NCBI GenBank assembly: GCA_964016885.1
Contig: CAXHJY010000427.1
Span: 17,325 to 81,324 of the forward strand
Direction of reading: 5' to 3'
Length of the DNA stretch: 64,000 nucleotides
From: Eledone cirrhosa
Lineage: Eukaryota
Part shown: positions 45,713 through 59,086 of the stretch, piece by piece
Layout of the letters: every line of letters begins with the position of its first letter
Numbering within the stretch: the stretch's first letter is position 1
Made by a program: the position numbers and the translations under genes
Notes under the pieces: model-generated
The model's input: the letters and a program-made list of their open reading frames with translations, nothing else
Databases searched by the model: none
Told to the model about the DNA's origin: nothing

Positions 45713-45974
45713 CGAAGGAGGTGTGGTAAGGAACTAGATGGACCATAAGGCGCCAGAGTACTCAATACTTAGGGTAGTAGAGTGGGTAATAGGAAAATGT
45801 TTAACCCGGCTATTTCTGGACCCGAGTTCAGAAATAGCCATCGAAACGACTTTAGCTCTGCCGTCGGGGTTAAACATTTTCCTATATATATATATATATA
45901 TATACCTGATTAGCACATTGATCTTTAACGCATTTAGTAATGAATGAGTGTTATACATACTTCTATTGATCACC

Positions 45975-46016
<42 letters not shown>

Positions 46017-46171
46017 AGTAAGTAAGACCCCGACGGCTGAGCTCAAGCCGTTTCGACGGCTAATTCTGTACTGTCGGGGTCTTACTTACTCCTATTACCC
46101 ACTCTACTACCCTAAGTATTGAGTACTTTGGTGCGTTATGGTCCACCTGGTTCCTTACCACTTTTCATTCG

Positions 46172-46205
<34 letters not shown>

Positions 46206-46252
46206 AATGAATAATAACAGGTAGACATCATAAAAAGGTAATTTATTCTGTG

Positions 46253-46364
46253 TGCTTACAAATGTTTCCACGGTGGTTATACAGCCTAGTTATGCTATGT
46301 GCAAATTTATAACTATTTGCAAAACTCAATTATCAAATGCTGTGACCACTGTATCATCAGAGCA
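46253..46364 (-). ncRNA. Type I hammerhead ribozyme with long stem II
   Basis: Minus strand TGCT-CTGATGA-TACAGTGGT..ACAGC...GCTGT..ACCACCGTG-GAAA-CATTTG-TA-AGCA. Confidence 0.72.
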
Positions 46365-47375
46365 GAATGGTTAAAATGTACAATGTAAATACCCTTAATA
46401 TATATACCTAATATATATATATATGATAATAATGGAGCTGCGGCGTTGCAAATGGGATACATATGAAAAAGTGAGTCCTTCATCAGTGACCCTCCAACCG
46501 TCCTCGGCATTTCATCGCTTTAAGGGCCATATGCCTCAGGTTGGTGCGAACAACGGCTAAAAAAAGTCGTTGGGACACGTAAATAAAGGGGGACGCTAGA
46601 GTAACAACAAAAGGGTTTAAGCAACGGAAAGTGAGTAGAAATAGACAAGTCCCAGATCTCTATGAATATAAACTCTGTAAAATCGTGAACAAGAGACGAA
46701 AGACCATCAAACCTGGTTGAAATGTGAGCAAGGAAAGAATTTCGCCCAAGTTTGACGGGGGGGAAAAAAGAGAGAGAGAGAGAACGAAAAAGGAGAGAAG
46801 AGGAAGAAGAAGAAGAAGAAGAAGAAGAAGAAGAAGAAGAAGAAGAAGAAGAAGAAGAAGAAGAAGAAGAAGAAGAAGAAGATAAGGGGGTCTGGTCTAC
46901 GAATTCGGTAAACGCAAGTTTTGTGAAGTCGCATGTATATATGTATGTATGTATGTATGTATATATGTATGTATGTGTGTATATATAACTGTAGATATCT
47001 ATGACTGTATGACTATATATGTAGGTCTGACTATATGTATACATTATATTTGTTTTTCGGTGATTCAATCTAAGGATTAGGAGGTGAGGCAGATTTTCTT
47101 CGGGTAACCCTTCTCCCAATCCCCCTATATACGCAAATCCATTCATGTCTCCTTTTACCCCTCAACCTCGTCCTCCCCTGATCTACACCATCATGTCCAA
47201 CACCCTGCCCTACACCCCCATGTCCCTCCTCTCCCCTGCCGTACTCCCCCCTCCCCCAGTATTCTGAGACGTACATTAGAACAGATTTGACATTATATTG
47301 ACTCTAACTTAACTATCATTTAGACAAAGATAGATAGATAGATAGATAGAGAGAGAGAAAAAAAGACAGAAATAG

Positions 47376-47478
<103 letters not shown>

Positions 47479-47881
47479 CGGAGATAGATAGAGAGAGAGA
47501 CAGACACAGACAGAGAGAGAGAACAAAGAGCGAGACAGATATAGAGATAGATAGATAGATAGAGACAGGGAGAGATAGAGATAGAGACAGAGATAGAGAC
47601 AGAGAGAGATATAGATATATTTCTTTTATTTGCCACTAGGGCATCAAAAGTGGGACAAGTACAAAGGGGGGAGTTTACACAAAAAGGCGTCCTCAATAAG
47701 GAGAAGGCAATAACAAAATATAAAAATAAAATAAGATATAACAAAAAATAAAATTTTTAACAAAATCCTCAATAGAGAGGAGGCGCCTTGGGGGGTCGCA
47801 CACACCCCCGAAAAAAGTGTGCAACCCTTCTCCTCAGGAGCACAGAGAAGGGGTGCTCCCTTGGTCTTTCATCTTCCTCAC

Positions 47882-50800
47882 CTATAGTCTGATGTAGAGT
47901 GAAGGCCCATTCACACGGGCCATTCTCGCCACTTTCACCCATCTTTCATAGAAACGGCTGGGGTGCAGCACCTCTCTCTCCATCCTGATCCTTCTTCCGA
48001 AATGATATCGGAAGAAACGGACCAGTTGTTGGCCAGAGAGAAAGGTGCCTGACCTCAGTCCTTTCAGACGCGTCCACCATACAACCTCTTTCGCCATGGC
48101 TATTACGCACAGAAACACCGCCTCTGCTTCATCTTTGAAGGGGGGAGGCGGCTTGATCATTACAATAGACTCGGTGGTCAACCGGATCGGTCCCACCCTT
48201 GACAGCAGTTGTTCGACATAGCCCCACAGATCGGCTACGCCCGAGCAGTGTACTAATGCGTGTGCAACGGTTTCCTCGTCGCACACGCATCTGGGACAGA
48301 TCTTTTTGGCGGGGTCCCTACCCGGGCGCCCGTGTCTGTAGAGCCTTTCTCGAACGGGTAAAGCCCCTCGGTAGCACTGCCAGGCCAGGGACTTCTGGAA
48401 GTTGTCCATAGGTCCCGGGCTAAATGTCCTACCGAAAAGGCTGGCCAGTTCGTCCTCCTCCATGTCTAGGGCTTCTCCGAGGGCGTCGTCGCACCTGCTG
48501 CGTACCAGCCCTCTATAGAATGTTGCGGTGGAGTCTCCACTGATAACCGGATCCGCCTGCCAGAGGGCGGTGAGCGCCTGGGCACACTCAGTGTGCCAGG
48601 CGCCCAGTTTTCTCGGTCTTTGCTTGACCCAGGATTGCAGCTCGGTGAGTGAGACGAGTCTGGGAAAGGTTCGTCTCACAAACGAGGCCCACACCGGTTG
48701 TCCGGTGAGGAATACGTAGAGGTGCCGTAGCCTTAATGCGTGTTTACGCATCATTAGCCACGGCATCCCCAGCCCTCCTTTCGAAGGGTGTTGACAGCAG
48801 ATGGATCTCCTCACCATAGGAGCCCGCCTCTTCCAAAGGAATTGGAAGAGCGCGCGCTCCATCTTGGTGAGGGTTTCCCTTGGGCAGGGCACTACGGTCA
48901 GGCGGTAGTAGATGACGGACGCTATGTAGGTGTTCGCCACCTCCGCCCGACCTTTCAGGGATAGTTTGCAACTGGCCCACTTCTGGGTCAGTGCAAACAC
49001 TCTGTTCGTAACCTCCGCCCAGTTTTTCTCCACCTGGAGGTCCGGTCCGAACCAGACCCCGAGCAACTTCACCGGGCCCTCCGTCCAGCGTCCGACGACG
49101 CTATCGGAGGGCATCGGTCTGCCCCTCCACGTGCCGAGTTGCAAACCGATCGACTTGTCCCGGTTCAGCTTAGCCCCTGTGAACTTTTCGTACTCCTCCA
49201 GTAAGGTGCCGACCGCCTCGATTTCGGAGGCCGTCGACACCATTACTGTCACGTCATCGGCGTAGGCCGACACCGCTTTCCGCAATCCCGGTTCCAAAGG
49301 GATGCCCTGCAACAACTCCAACTTCCGCAGTAGTGGCTCGAGAGTCAATACATACAGAAGGGAGGAGAGAGGGCACCCTTGTCGGATGGACCGCGCGATT
49401 TTGAACGGCTCCGAGAGGTAGCCGTTCACCTTGACCCTAGAGCAGATGCGGCTGCTGTGCATAGCAGTGATCCAGCCCCTGAAAACGGGTCCGAAGCCTG
49501 CCGCCGCTAGCACCGCATCCAGGTAACCATGGTCGACCCTATCGAACGCCTTAGATTGATCCAAGTTGATCAGAGCCCCACCAAAGCCGGGTTCGTTCCC
49601 AACCCTCTCTATGATGTATCGCATGAGGTGGAGGTTGTCATGGATGGACCTGGACGGGATAGCGCATGTCTGCGCATCTCCCACCAGGTTGCCCACGACA
49701 AGCGCCAACCTCTTTGCTAGCACCTTGGCCAAAATCTGTAACTCTGTATTTAGCAGTGTTATGGGCCTGAAGTTACTTATTTCGTCCCCCTTGTTCTCGT
49801 CCTTCCTCACTAGCGTGACTACGCCCTTGGTCACAGTACAGGGAATTCTCCCGTTCTGTTGCCAGTTGCAGTAGACCGCCTCGAGGAGATCGGGGAACAA
49901 GTCCGGCATAGCTAGATATAATTCGTAAGGAAGACCATCGAGACCCGGGGATTTGCGTTTGCCGCATTGGCTCAGCACGTCCTCTATCTCAGCGGCCGAA
50001 ATCGGCTCCTCGCAGGACTTCGCCTCCCTGTCCGAGAGGCGCGGCAGGCCGTCGAGGTATGGACCGAAGTCCACGTTCCCAACCGGCTCCCCGCCCCTCC
50101 CGAACAGTCGGGCAAAGTGCCTTTGAAAGGCCTCACACATCTGCTTAGGCTCAAGAATCGCCCGTCCATCCAGGTCTCGCAAAGACCGGATGGTGGATTT
50201 AGTTCCACTGTTGGCCTCTGTCACGCGGGCCCAGCTAACAGCTTTGGTCCCCTCGTTCCCTAGAGCACGTATTTTACTTCGGACAACGCAGCCTTCGTGC
50301 TTCGCGTCGAAAAACTGGCTCAAAGCCGTTCTCGACGCTAGCACTCTGGCCACGTCGCCGCTTCTAATTGCCTCTTCTACTCTATCTATTAGCTCCCTTT
50401 CCTTCCTATTCCTATCCGCAGCTAGAACCTTACTAAATTCTATCGAGACTACTCTAATCTCTCTCTTTAGAGATACCCACCACCTGCTGTTGACGATCGC
50501 TCCAGTCAACCGTTCCTTAACTAACGTACTAATCCGATTCCTGTAGGCTCTACTTGCCGGCAAGGACAAGTTGAGCTTCCAGTAACCGGGGCCCTGTCTA
50601 TGAGTTCTGTCAAGGTTGACCATGCAGGTCACTAATTTGTGGTCTGAATAGCCAACAATGCGCATTTTTGGACAACTTAAAAATTCCTTATCCTTAATTC
50701 TAACTAAGAACCTATCTAGGTACGACCTAGATGATCCGCTACGATTTGCCCAAGTCCAGGTTGGCGCAGTCGGAAAATCTAGTCGATATCTATCGGCCAG

Positions 50801-51319
50801 GTCAAATCGACCGATTAACCCTTTGAGGCTATTACACCCCTCTCTATCGGGGCAGGCCCCTACGTAGTCCCAACGTGCATCTAGGATACCATTCCAGTCC
50901 CCCACTAATAGCAAGGAGCGGGACGTCCCTAGAAAAGTCTCCAGACGATGGAAGAAGTCCGGCCGCATTGACCCGAAAGGGCCGTAGGCGGCTACCAACC
51001 TAAACGCTCCGCCTTTACCACTGCCAAGGTCCAGAACCACTAGTCGACCCTCCGGGTCCAAATGTACCATCTGTGTTGCGAGACCCAGATGTTTTTGCAG
51101 CAGAACGACAACTCCACCCCCACCTCCAGGCTGACAGAGAGATGCGTGCATCTCAAAGTCATCAAAGGTGGGGGCCAGCTGTCGCACGTTGCTGATCCGG
51201 GCCTCGCAAATAACCATCACATCTATACGTTGTGACCTGAGGTCATTTAGAAGCATTGCTTGCTTCCAAGTTGAGCCCAGGCCACGCGCATTTAAACAGC
51301 CTACTCTTAGCATAGCCAT
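47882..51319 (-). CDS. LINE ORF2: APE endonuclease + reverse transcriptase + C-terminal zinc finger
   Basis: APE motifs CLNARGL, GDWN, SYLDRF, SDHKLV; GYWKLN; RT motifs FRPITLLN, LDQSKAFDRV, RQGCPLS, YADD; CPRC...HALVHC. First ATG at 51319. Confidence 0.95.
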   Translation of the reverse strand: MAMLRVGCLNARGLGSTWKQAMLLNDLRSQRIDVMVICEARISNVRQLAPTFDDFEMHASLCQPGGGGGVVVLLQKHLGLATQMVHLDPEGRLVVLDLGSGKGGAFRLVAAYGPFGSMRPDFFHRLETFLGTSRSLLLVGDWNGILDARWDYVGACPDREGCNSLKGLIGRFDLADRYRLDFPTAPTWTWANRSGSSRSYLDRFLVRIKDKEFLSCPKMRIVGYSDHKLVTCMVNLDRTHRQGPGYWKLNLSLPASRAYRNRISTLVKERLTGAIVNSRWWVSLKREIRVVSIEFSKVLAADRNRKERELIDRVEEAIRSGDVARVLASRTALSQFFDAKHEGCVVRSKIRALGNEGTKAVSWARVTEANSGTKSTIRSLRDLDGRAILEPKQMCEAFQRHFARLFGRGGEPVGNVDFGPYLDGLPRLSDREAKSCEEPISAAEIEDVLSQCGKRKSPGLDGLPYELYLAMPDLFPDLLEAVYCNWQQNGRIPCTVTKGVVTLVRKDENKGDEISNFRPITLLNTELQILAKVLAKRLALVVGNLVGDAQTCAIPSRSIHDNLHLMRYIIERVGNEPGFGGALINLDQSKAFDRVDHGYLDAVLAAAGFGPVFRGWITAMHSSRICSRVKVNGYLSEPFKIARSIRQGCPLSSLLYVLTLEPLLRKLELLQGIPLEPGLRKAVSAYADDVTVMVSTASEIEAVGTLLEEYEKFTGAKLNRDKSIGLQLGTWRGRPMPSDSVVGRWTEGPVKLLGVWFGPDLQVEKNWAEVTNRVFALTQKWASCKLSLKGRAEVANTYIASVIYYRLTVVPCPRETLTKMERALFQFLWKRRAPMVRRSICCQHPSKGGLGMPWLMMRKHALRLRHLYVFLTGQPVWASFVRRTFPRLVSLTELQSWVKQRPRKLGAWHTECAQALTALWQADPVISGDSTATFYRGLVRSRCDDALGEALDMEEDELASLFGRTFSPGPMDNFQKSLAWQCYRGALPVRERLYRHGRPGRDPAKKICPRCVCDEETVAHALVHCSGVADLWGYVEQLLSRVGPIRLTTESIVMIKPPPPFKDEAEAVFLCVIAMAKEVVWWTRLKGLRSGTFLSGQQLVRFFRYHFGRRIRMEREVLHPSRFYERWVKVARMARVNGPSLYIRL

Positions 51320-51343
51320 GTTGGTGGTGAAGAGAAAAGGCAC

Positions 51344-53125
51344 TTACCTCTCTGCGTCCCGGGTATCGGGCTGCACAATTTCCATTAGGGTGGGGGATGG
51401 GTTGTTGGGTGGGGTGGTGGTTTGTGGAAGTGTGGGGGCATCAGTGTGTTGTGTGGTTGGGGAGCTTGGAGTTGTGAGGGTGTTTGGGGAGGGGGTGGGA
51501 TAGTTTTTTAGGAGGACTCGGTTAATGGGCCCGACGCAGGGGGGACCCACGTCCTCTTTAAAATTGTTTTTTAAAGTTTTATAGGTGTCCTGTGGGGCCT
51601 TAATCATTTTGAGGTGGGGGAAATCCCCTGCCTGGGTGAAGTTAGGCCCTTGTGTTTTTATTAGATTGTTGTTGTACACAATGTTTAACAGTTTTTTGTT
51701 TCTTGTATTTATGTATGTGTATGCATGTTTTTGTTTTTGTGTGGTGTTTTTTGTTTGCTGTTGTGAGCTCTTTTGTGTTGGTGTCAGTGTTATGTTTTGG
51801 GGAGGGGTTTTTTTCATTTGTGTGTCTGAGGTGTGTTTTCTTTTTTTTCTTTTGATTGTGTGGAAGTGCTCCTCCTCGTCTGACGACGAACTAGGGTCAT
51901 CTTCCGCGTTGGAGGGGAGGGGTATATTTTCGGGTTGTGTTTGCGGTACGGGTGTTTTGGAAATTGTTTTTGTTTTTTGAGTGGAGGGGATGGGTTGGAC
52001 ATTGTTTTGTTTTGGTTTGAGCTGTGGTGGTTGTTTTTGTAGTGGTTGTTGTGGTGATTGTGTTGGTTGTGCAGTTGTTGGTGGTGTAGGCAGGATTGGG
52101 GTTTTCTTATTAAGTTGGGGACAGACAGCCCTCAGGTGACCTCTGGTTCCGCAGAGGTAACACGAGGGCCGTCTACCCTCAACGGTAATGTTGATGAAGG
52201 TTAGATCATCCAGTATGACGCGTTCAGGGATCTGGGCGATCCTTTCGGGCCTCATTTGAACTACAAGTTCGAGGCTCGTTCCACTGAACGCGTCACCCGA
52301 TGCCTTTCCCATGGACACCAGCATGTCATCCTCCAGGTCCAGAAAACCTGTCAAATCCCACCATATGTCCATAATCGGCAGGATGGTGTGGATTTTTATT
52401 TTTTGTGTTCTTCTACCCATGTACGTAGGGTAGAAGGTGTATGCGGTGGATGTGATTGGTTTGATGGACAGTTTCACTGCTGTGTCCCTGTCCTTCATGA
52501 GAATGGATAGACTCCCGTAGAGTCTATCCTTCTGAATGAAGGTGATGTCCTTCATGACGTCTTTTAAAACCAGCTCTATCTCGCTCTGTGATGGTTGAGC
52601 TGGTTTTTTACTTTTGTTCGAGATTGTCCTAAACATGACCGTGTTTAGGAGTCTCTGGCTTTTTAGTTCCGGGGGGGAATGGATTGTGAATGAACCATTT
52701 TCCCCGTACACTATATATTTTTTCGCATCCGCCAGTAGCTCCTTCGCTTTTGTTATATCTACTGGCAGATAGTCGAGGGTTTTCCTTGTCGTCTCGGCGA
52801 AGGAGAAATTTTGTTTGTTTGTGTTGTTGTTGTCGTTGGTGGTGTTGTTGTTATCATTGTTGTTGTTGTCACCGTTATTGGTCTTGTTGTTGTTATTGTT
52901 ATTGTTATTGGTGTTGTTTTCTACCGTCGCATTGTTGTTGTTGTTGCTGTTGGTTCTTTGGGTTGTTGCCATGGTAACGTCAAGTTGTCGGTTAACAGGT
53001 GGAGAGAATTCTTCCTCTGGCTGACCTATCTTCTTGACCTCTGCTACTGTGACAGTGGCAGGGGGAAGCTGTAAGTTCATCTTCCCCTTTCCTCCTTCGA
53101 ATTTTGGTGAAGAAGCTTCGGCCAT
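51344..53125 (-). CDS. LINE ORF1 (gag-like, CCHC zinc knuckle)
   Basis: 593-aa ORF with CYLCGTRGHLRAVC (CX2CX4HX4C), poly-Asn and Pro/Gln/Thr-rich segments, immediately upstream of ORF2. Confidence 0.9.
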   Translation of the reverse strand: MAEASSPKFEGGKGKMNLQLPPATVTVAEVKKIGQPEEEFSPPVNRQLDVTMATTQRTNSNNNNNATVENNTNNNNNNNNKTNNGDNNNNDNNNTTNDNNNTNKQNFSFAETTRKTLDYLPVDITKAKELLADAKKYIVYGENGSFTIHSPPELKSQRLLNTVMFRTISNKSKKPAQPSQSEIELVLKDVMKDITFIQKDRLYGSLSILMKDRDTAVKLSIKPITSTAYTFYPTYMGRRTQKIKIHTILPIMDIWWDLTGFLDLEDDMLVSMGKASGDAFSGTSLELVVQMRPERIAQIPERVILDDLTFINITVEGRRPSCYLCGTRGHLRAVCPQLNKKTPILPTPPTTAQPTQSPQQPLQKQPPQLKPKQNNVQPIPSTQKTKTISKTPVPQTQPENIPLPSNAEDDPSSSSDEEEHFHTIKRKKRKHTSDTQMKKTPPQNITLTPTQKSSQQQTKNTTQKQKHAYTYINTRNKKLLNIVYNNNLIKTQGPNFTQAGDFPHLKMIKAPQDTYKTLKNNFKEDVGPPCVGPINRVLLKNYPTPSPNTLTTPSSPTTQHTDAPTLPQTTTPPNNPSPTLMEIVQPDTRDAER

Positions 53126-54600
53126 TTAAAAAAATATTGACTTTTCAACAAGAAAAAACTTTTTTTAACTATTTCGCCTAAAGGCGTAGAATATTTTGAG
53201 AGACTGACCAGATCAAAGTTTGACCTGGCAGTCCCTCTACAAAATGGTACAAAAATTAAAGTTATCAGACAAGAATTTCTATAGAAATTTAAACAGAACT
53301 TACTCAGCAAGTTATACGCGTGTGTCCATCCCAGAGATAGTTAGATAGATAGATAGATAGATATATAGAGATAGATAGATAGAGATAGATATATAGAGAT
53401 AGATAGATAGAGATAGATAGAGAGAGGGGGAGATAGATAGAGATAGAAACAGATATAGATAGAGAGAGATCCTGGGGGGTGGGGAGGCGTAGAAACCACA
53501 ACAAACAACAACAACATCAACAATACATCTCTGATAACAACCTGAAAACACCGGGCGGCGTCAGAAATTAATATTGTGGTGCGGAGAAGCTGGGAACGGC
53601 GTTCTGTGACATCTATTGCCTTTTATGAAGGTCACTAGTGGAGTAATTGAAGAAAAATAAGTTTAAGAATGGAAACAAGGGGGAGAGGGGGCAGCTTTAT
53701 GATGATGGTGGAGGTGGGGGTGAGGTGTGGGGGAGGGTGGCGTGCGGTGTGGTGGTGAGGGGGGTGATGGTGAAGACGGGGTGAGGTGTGGGGGAGGGTG
53801 ATGTTAGGTGTGGTGGTGAGGGGCTGATGGGGGGGGGGGGGATAGTTTGAATATGCTGTTTACTACTGTTGTTGTTGCTGTTACTGTTGCTGTTGCTCTT
53901 GCTGTTGTTGCTGTTATTGTTGCTGTTGTTGTTGCTGTTGCTCATATTGTTGTTGTTGCTGTGCTGTTGTAGTTGCTGATGTTGTTGCAGTTGTTGTTAT
54001 AGCTGTTATTATTGTTGTTGCTGTTGTTGTCATTTCATTGCTGCTGTTGTTATTGTGGGAGTTTTTGTTATTGTTGTTGCTGTTAGTGTTCTTGGTGCCG
54101 TTGTTGGTGCTGTTGTTGTCATAGCAGTTATTGTTGTTGCTGCTGTTGTTGTTGTTGTTGTTGTTGCTATTGTTATACGGGTGACATCGACCATTGTAAA
54201 CACAAGACATGGGAATTGTGTGAAAGGGGGAGGGGGCAGGTGAGGACAAGGGGGGGAGGTTACTACTGTTGAGAAGTCAATAAGTGAACGATTGAAATTT
54301 GAATTGAATTGAATGACATGGTGATGGTGATGGGGGGGGGTGTAATGGTGGTGGTGGTGGTGGTGTTGGTGGTGATGATGGTGATGGTGGTGATGGTGTG
54401 GGGGGGGCTTTTGGGTGATGTGGTGGTAGTCTGAGTGGGGGTTGGTGATGTGGCGGTGGTCTGAGTGGCGGGTGATGGTGTGATGGGGGTGGTGGAGTGG
54501 TGTAGGTGTTATAGTGAGGAGATTTTGGATGAAGTTAACTACAAAGAGGTGAGGACAACAGACAGATATATAAATATGTATGTATATAAATACACACACG

Positions 54601-54645
<45 letters not shown>

Positions 54646-55249
54646 AGAGTCAGGACCCCGACGGCTGAGCTCCGGTCGTTTCGACAGCTAGATCCGAACA
54701 GACCTAGCTGTCGAAACGGCCGGAGCTCAGCCGTCGGGGTCCTGACTCTTTTCCTATTACCAACTCTACTACCCTAAGTATTGAGTACTCTGGTGCGTTA
54801 TGGAGAGAGAGGGGGAGAGAAAGACAGAGAGAGAGAGAGGGTGAGAGCGAGAGAGAGAGGGGGGAAGTGAGAGAGAGAGTGTGAGTAAGTGAGAAAGAGA
54901 GAGAGAGAGAGAGAGTGAAAGAGGGGGAAAGAGAAAGAGATTGCGCGGGGGAGAGAGAGAAGAGAGAGTGAGTGAGAGAAAGAGAGGGAGAGAGAAAGAG
55001 AGAGAGTGAGTGAGAGAGAGTGAGTGAGTGAGTGAGAGAGAGAAAGAGGGAGAGAGAAGAGAGAAGAGAGAAGAGAGAGACAGATAGACAGGTAGATAAT
55101 AAGACAGACTGAAAGGAGAGACTGAGAATGGTACAGAATAGGGGGAGGGAGAGTCTAACCACCACCCCCGCATCCTCCCACCACTACCACCACCACCCTA
55201 GACCACGGTACACACATACATAACCCCCTATATCATCACCACTATCACA

Positions 55250-56400
55250 ACAACATCCTCAACCACTACCACCACCATTACTACCACTACCTCAATTAAC
55301 TCTTCCACCACCACCACCACCACCACTACTACCACCACCAACACCACCACCATCACCACCACCACTACCACTACCACCTCCACTACTGTACCACTACCAC
55401 CACTTCTACCACCACCACCACCACTACCACTACACCTACCATTACCACCACCACCACTACCACTACCACTACCACCACCACTACTCTATCACTACCACCA
55501 CTACTACCACCACCGCCACCACCACTACCACTACACCTACCATTACCACCACCACTACCACCACCACTACTCTACCACTACCACCACTACTACTACCACC
55601 ACCACCACCACTACCATTACACCTACCATTACCACCACCACCACTACTACTACTCCTACCATTACACCACCAATACCACTACCACCACCACTACTCTACC
55701 ACTACCACCACCACCACTAACACAATTACCACCACTACCAATACCACCACTACCACTACCACTACCACTACCTCTACCACAACTACATCCTCAACCACTA
55801 CCACTACCACTACCACAACCACTACCACTACCACTACCACTACCACAACCACTACCTCTACCACAACTACATCCTCAACCACTACCACTACCACTACCAC
55901 TACCACTACCACAACCACTACCACTACCACTACCACAACCACTACCTCTACCACAACTACATCCTCAACCACTACCACTACCACAACCACTACCACTACC
56001 ACAACCACTACCTCTACCACAACTACATCCTCAACCACTACCACTACCACTACCACAACCACTACCACTACCACAACTACATCCTCAACCACTACCACTA
56101 CCACAACCACTACCACTACCACTACCACTACCACTACCTCTACCACAACTACACCCTCAACCACTACCACTACCACTACTACAACCACTACCACAACCAC
56201 TACCACTACTACCACAACTACATCCTCAACCACTACCACTACCACTACTACAACCACTACCACTACCACTACCACTACCTCTACCACAACTACACCCTCA
56301 ACCACTACCACTACCACTACTACAACCACTACCACAACCACTACCATTACTACCACAACTACATCCTCAACCACTACCACTACTACCACTACAACCACCA
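55250..56400. repeat. CCA/CTA-derived compound minisatellite
   Basis: (CCACTA)n punctuated by recurring CCTCTACCACAACTACATCCTCAA blocks. Confidence 0.85.
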
Positions 56401-56630
56401 ATAGATGCCGAACCAAAAATCAACAGTGGAAGCCATTACCAATAGAGGCGGAAGGGGGGAGCGAGAAGACCATTGAGAAAAAATTGTTTATGCAGCTGTT
56501 GTCACACCATATACACTCACTATATACACCTATCACATATACACCTATCATACACACCCACTATATACACTCGCTATATAATAACCTCGCCGTTTTTCTT
56601 TTCTCTTTCTTTCTCCCCCCTCCCCTCTCA

Positions 56631-56743
<113 letters not shown>

Positions 56744-56894
56744 TATATATATGTTTATGATGATCATCATCATCATAGTGATGATGATGATGATAGTGGA
56801 AGCCTCATTGTCATCGTTTTTGTTAGACATGGGCTGGGCCAATACTGGCCGAAACCTATCAAAGTTATATCAAAGTTATATATATATACACATT

Positions 56895-56986
<92 letters not shown>

Positions 56987-57295
56987 GGAAAGAAGGTTGA
57001 CATGGTTTGCTATACAAAAAAGGTTTTTAATCTCATAGCTGACAATTGTTTCTCTGGAATACCATAACTGGACTATACCTAAGTGGACTGCATTTAACTA
57101 TTATTTGTTACCCCGTATATATATATATATATATGTATGTATGTGTCTGTGTGTGTGTGTGTGAGTGTGAAAAATTACAAACCCTCCATCTCAACTTTTG
57201 AAAAGCACAAGAACTGCGAAACCGGTAAAGGAACCAAATAAATATATATTTAAAAAAAAAAGACTTCAGTTGCATTTTCGATTTCATCTTTTTTT

Positions 57296-57332
<37 letters not shown>

Positions 57333-57450
57333 CCCTACATATTTATAATTATATATAAACCATATATAAGTATAGATATTATTATTATTACTAATGCACT
57401 GGATAATTGCTGGCCTTGTGCCTAAAGTAGAAACAATTATTACTATATAT

Positions 57451-57642
57451 GGTGGATTGGCAGTATCGGTAGAGGGTCGGACGCCATGCTTTCACGCATA
57501 GAGTTACGGCCCTTGCCATTCTGAGTTCAAATCCCGCCGAGATTAACTTTGCCTTTCATCCTTACGGGGTCGATAAAATAAAGTACCAGTAATACACTGG
57601 GTAATTGCTGGCCTTGTGCCAAAAGTAGAAACAATTATTATT
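57451..57642 (+). mobile_element. tRNA-derived SINE, same family
   Basis: Near-identical to 7719-7908, ending GGCCTTGTGCCAAAAGTAGAAACAATTATTATT; an extra tail fragment lies just upstream (57393-57442). Confidence 0.8.
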
Positions 57643-57643
57643 A

Positions 57644-57677
<34 letters not shown>

Positions 57678-57896
57678 TAATATTGTCTAGGGTCCTGAAA
57701 CCTTTGGTAATGGAGTAGTTATATATTGTGTTCATTTTCTAATTAAATAGCTCTGTTTTATACATAGAGCACTCTTTTTTCCTTTGCAATTTTCTTCGGA
57801 AATACTTAACATATATATATAATGCGAAGAAATACCTATGATGGCTAGTAGATCATTGATGATGGATAGTCCTATTTCTAATTCTTCATTTTAATT

Positions 57897-57947
<51 letters not shown>

Positions 57948-58863
57948 TAATAATAATAAATGTGTAGACTAAAATCCAAAGAGGGTTCGATAAGGATAAA
58001 TATATATCAAATATATAAGAACCCTAGAGCAAATATTTATTAAAATAAGTTTAAGCAAAGAATCGCTGCTTTCACCCTTAACGGGACCTGAAACTAAAAA
58101 AATCAATCTGTGAATATACAGAGAGTGGGATTAGCTCAGTGCACAGTCTTTCCTCACTTTAAAAATATCTTCACGCACAGGCATTGCACGATGGAATTAA
58201 TTAATTGTTTCTACTTTAGGCACAAGGCCAGCATTTATCCAGTGCATTACTGGTACTTTATTTTATCGACCCCGTAAGGATGAAAGGCAAAGTTAACCTC
58301 GATGGAATTAATTAATAATTATTAATAATGGCATATCGTGCAATGGCCATACTCGATAACGAGAGGGCAGCCATCATGTATATGTATGTAGTCTTCTGTT
58401 TCAAATAATCCAACAACGCCGTACGCTGTACCCACAACTCACAATAAGGACACTCTGTTGGTCTTGAACTCTCAAATATATCCCCCCCCCCCACTCTCTC
58501 TCTCGCTCCCTCTCTATCTCTTTCCCTCTCTCTCTTTCTCTCTCTATCTATCTCACTCTCTCCCTCTCTCTCTGTCTTTCTATCTTTATCTCACTACATT
58601 TATTCCCGTTTCTCGTAGTTTTCTCGCCCTTCATCTCCACCTCAGTCATTCATTCCCCCTCCTCCGACTCTCCCCTCTCCTACTACCACCCTCCATGCTC
58701 CAACTCCCACCACTCTCTTCCTTAATTTAATCATCTGTTCTTCTCACCCCCTCCTCTCCTCCACCTCTCTATTATATTCTAATACAAACTTACACACGAC
58801 ATGTTATGATAGTATAGTAATCACATGTACATACATACCTTACACACGTTATATATATGTGTA

Positions 58864-58900
<37 letters not shown>

Positions 58901-58902
58901 GT

Positions 58903-58983
<81 letters not shown>

Positions 58984-59045
58984 TACACATATACATATAT
59001 ACACACACACACACACATGGCCACCGCCGAAGTACGATCTCGCTG

Positions 59046-59084
<39 letters not shown>

Positions 59085-59086
<2 letters not shown>

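Larger units (their letters stand above)
47620..53334 (-). mobile_element. Apparently full-length Tx1/L1-type non-LTR retrotransposon
   Basis: About 200-nt 5' UTR, two uninterrupted ORFs, 3' UTR ending AATAAAAGAAA; (TATC)/(TC)-rich microsatellite on both flanks. Confidence 0.93.

Noticed and set aside
51320-51343. GTG start given for ORF2 in the ORF track
   Set aside because: It is simply the first codon after the ORF1 stop; ATG at 51319 has good context and precedes the APE domain start.
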